Positions 61,783-64,000 of a stretch of DNA of 64,000 nucleotides are shown here, piece by piece. Within the stretch, counting starts at the first letter, position 1, and the number at the start of each line of letters is the position of its first letter. The DNA is from an uncultured Candidatus Rokubacteria bacterium (GTDB lineage: Bacteria; Methylomirabilota; Methylomirabilia; Rokubacteriales; CSP1-6), in assembly GCA_963747235.1 (NCBI GenBank), contig CAVVEU010000028.1, positions 1 to 64,000 on the forward strand, written 5' to 3'. A model generated the notes under the pieces. It saw only the letters and a list, made by a program, of their open reading frames with translations. It searched no databases and was not told the DNA's origin. Made by a program: the position numbers and the translations under genes.

Positions 61783-62153
61783 GTGGACGCGCACCTGATC
61801 CTGGCCGTGGACGAAGAAGCCGCCACGCGGCAGGCCCTCATCGACGTGCTGAGCCTGGACGGGCACGAGGTGGACGGCGCCGGCGACGCCGACTCGGCGC
61901 TCCTGCTCCTCGACCAGCGCCGCTACGATCTCGTGATCGCCGACGTCCGCATGCCGAAGCTCGACGGTCCCGCGCTGCTCGACGCGCTCGCCGAGCGATT
62001 CGGCGCGGCTCCCCCCAGGTCGTCTTCCTCACGCGCGTCGCCTTCGATCCGCACTACGGGAGCTTCCTCGCCAATCTGCGGGCGCCCGTGCTCACGAAGC
62101 CGCTCAAGCCCGGCCGGGTGCTCGAGCTGGTGACCCGGATCTTCGCATCATGA
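61783..62153 (+). CDS. Single-domain response regulator (frameshift near 62015)
   Basis: ILAVDE, YDLVIADVRMPKLDG, LTKP. Confidence 0.8.
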
Positions 62154-62168
62154 GCCGGCGGTAGTCGC

Positions 62169-62546
62169 ATGGCCACGCGCCCGCGGTTGATCCTGGTGGT
62201 GGAGGACGAGAGCAGTCTCCGCGAGCTCATCGCCAACATCCTGCTGCTCGACCACCACGAGGTCGACACCGTCCACGACGGCGCCGAGGCCCTCTACCGC
62301 ATCGAGCAGCGCAGCTACGACCTCATCATCAGCGACCTGCAGATGCCGAACCTCGACGGCCCGGGCCTCTACACCGCCCTGCGCAAGCGATTCGGCGAGG
62401 CCCTGCCCCGCGTGATCTTCGTCACCGGCCACGCGGACGCCGAGAAGTTCATCCCGTTCCTGGCCGAGACCGGCGACCCCGTCCTGACCAAGCCCTTCTC
62501 GGTGGAGGACCTCCGCACGCTCGTGCAGTGGGTGCTCGAGACTTGA
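62169..62546 (+). CDS. Single-domain response regulator
   Basis: ILVVEDE, YDLIISDLQMPNLDG, FVTG, LTKPF. Confidence 0.9.
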   Translation: MATRPRLILVVEDESSLRELIANILLLDHHEVDTVHDGAEALYRIEQRSYDLIISDLQMPNLDGPGLYTALRKRFGEALPRVIFVTGHADAEKFIPFLAETGDPVLTKPFSVEDLRTLVQWVLET

Positions 62547-64000
62547 TCAGAAGCTGACGCTGCCCGGGCGGCCGCTCGGTCCCGGCGCGGTGCTCGAGTC
62601 GAGGTGCAGCCGCTCGAGCCAGAACGTCATCCCCATCTCCTCGAAGAGCGCGCGCGCCTCGCCCAGATGCTTGTCCGCGCCCGCCACGTCGCCGGTGCGG
62701 CGCGCGAGCCGGCCGAGCCCGAGGTGGCAGCGCGCGGCCAGCGTCCGCATCCCCAGCTCGCCCGCCAGCGCCAGCGCCTCCCCGTGGTGGCCGCGCGCCC
62801 GCTCGAGGTCGGGCGGCTGCTTCTCGGCCGCGGCGAGGCCCAGCAGCCGGAGCGCGTAGACCATGTTGCCGCGCTCCTTGTGGGCCTCCGCGAGCGCGAG
62901 CGCCCGCCGCCCGTCCGCCTCCGCCGCCTCGGGGTGCCCGGTGAGCAGGCGCACCTCGCCCAGATGCGTGGCGATCAGCGAGAGCCGGCCCAGGCGCCGC
63001 ATGCCCTGCGCCTCGCGCACCGCCCGCTCGGCCAGGTCGAGCGCCTCCGCGCCCCGCCCGGTGAGCGCGTAGACGACGGCGAGATCGCCCGCGAAGGGCG
63101 GGAAGAACGCGGGCATCTCGGCAGCAAGCCCGATGCCGCGCTCGAGCACGCCCTTGGCCTCCCACATCAGGCCGCGCCGCACCAGCGTGCCGCCCAGCCC
63201 GAGCAGCGCGTAGGGCAGGCTGTAGGCATCGCGCCGCGCTTCCGCGAGCCGCACGCCTTCCTGCGCGGCCTCCATCGCCTCGTCGAACCGGCCCAGCTCG
63301 GCCAGCGTCCACGCCAGGTGCGCGCGCGTGAGGACCGCCGCGATGCCGGGCAGGCCGAAGGTCTCGCCGCTCGCGTGCGGCGGCAGGAGGGCCAGGTTGC
63401 GCCGCAGGACCGTCAGGGCCTGGCGGTAGTCGCCGAGGGCGCGGCGGCCGGAGCCCACGTTGAAGGTGCCGACGACCTGCAGGCCCAGGTCCCGCGTCTC
63501 CTCGGCGATGGCGAGCGCGCGCTCGCCCACGCGCGCCGCCTCGTCGGCCTCGCCGAGCTCCCAGTGCACGTTGCTCTCGAACGAGAGCGCGCGGGCCAGC
63601 CGCGGCCGGTCGTCCAGGGTCTCGGCGAGCGCGGCCGCTTCGCGCAGCACCGCGACGCTGCGCGCGTGCTGGCCCAGCGGGACCAGCGCGTTGTGCAGGT
63701 CGCAGCGGAGGTCCACGCCGGTGGCGCGCGCCACCGCGTCCGCCGGCCGGTGGGCGAGCGCGGCGAGGGCCCGCTCGAAGAAGGACACGCTCTCCCAGCT
63801 CGCCATCCGCGCCAGCGTCCGGCCGCCGGCCTGGCGGCAGTAGCCCACCGCGCGCTCCCACGCCTCGCCGAGGAAGGCGTGGTGGGCGAGCCGCTCGGTC
63901 TGCTCGGCCAGCCGGCCGCCCTCGTAGGATCGCTCGATGGCCTCCAGGATGCGCGCGTGCAGCGTCCGCCGCCGCTCGTGCAGCAGGCTCTCGTAGGCCA
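62547..64000 (-). CDS. C-terminal TPR region of a large AAA-ATPase/adenylate cyclase-type regulator (5' part outside window)
   Basis: AYESLL..RR.LHARI..AIE..LAHHA..GE.W.RA pattern; ELGMRTLAARCHLGLG, EMGMTFWLE. Confidence 0.8.
   Translation of the reverse strand, partial: AYESLLHERRRTLHARILEAIERSYEGGRLAEQTERLAHHAFLGEAWERAVGYCRQAGGRTLARMASWESVSFFERALAALAHRPADAVARATGVDLRCDLHNALVPLGQHARSVAVLREAAALAETLDDRPRLARALSFESNVHWELGEADEAARVGERALAIAEETRDLGLQVVGTFNVGSGRRALGDYRQALTVLRRNLALLPPHASGETFGLPGIAAVLTRAHLAWTLAELGRFDEAMEAAQEGVRLAEARRDAYSLPYALLGLGGTLVRRGLMWEAKGVLERGIGLAAEMPAFFPPFAGDLAVVYALTGRGAEALDLAERAVREAQGMRRLGRLSLIATHLGEVRLLTGHPEAAEADGRRALALAEAHKERGNMVYALRLLGLAAAEKQPPDLERARGHHGEALALAGELGMRTLAARCHLGLGRLARRTGDVAGADKHLGEARALFEEMGMTFWLERLHLDSSTAPGPSGRPGSVSF

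Noticed and set aside
1-64000. CRISPR arrays, transposases, integrases, prophage or defence genes, rRNA
   Set aside because: None recognised; the palindromic repeats are dispersed, not regularly spaced.

Overview
Very GC-rich bacterial chromosomal segment with about 68 genes. Most are catabolic or redox enzymes (LLM/F420-type oxidoreductases, amidohydrolases, SDRs, flavin monooxygenases, CoA transferase, cyclases), alongside MFS and ABC transporters and one tRNA-Asp(GTC). Gene content and style suggest a Rokubacteria/Methylomirabilota-like soil organism (inference only). Many genes carry 1-nt frameshifts typical of uncorrected long-read assembly. Main result: three unlinked small redox genes that the ORF track splits or truncates each have an in-frame TGA at a conserved catalytic Cys position. 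They are AhpD/CMD-like (CxxU, 531-1106), OsmC-like (39363-39752) and ArsC/Spx-like (UxxC, 51209-51556). Each TGA is followed 20-23 nt later by a hairpin with the same GUU apical loop, pointing to three probable selenoproteins with a shared SECIS signature. Other observations: pervasive leaderless-type promoters, two sigma-54 promoters before orphan small genes, a ~210-nt structured leader, BoxC-like palindromic repeats (one inserted in frame in a permease), and a metzincin-TPR-TonB fusion protein.
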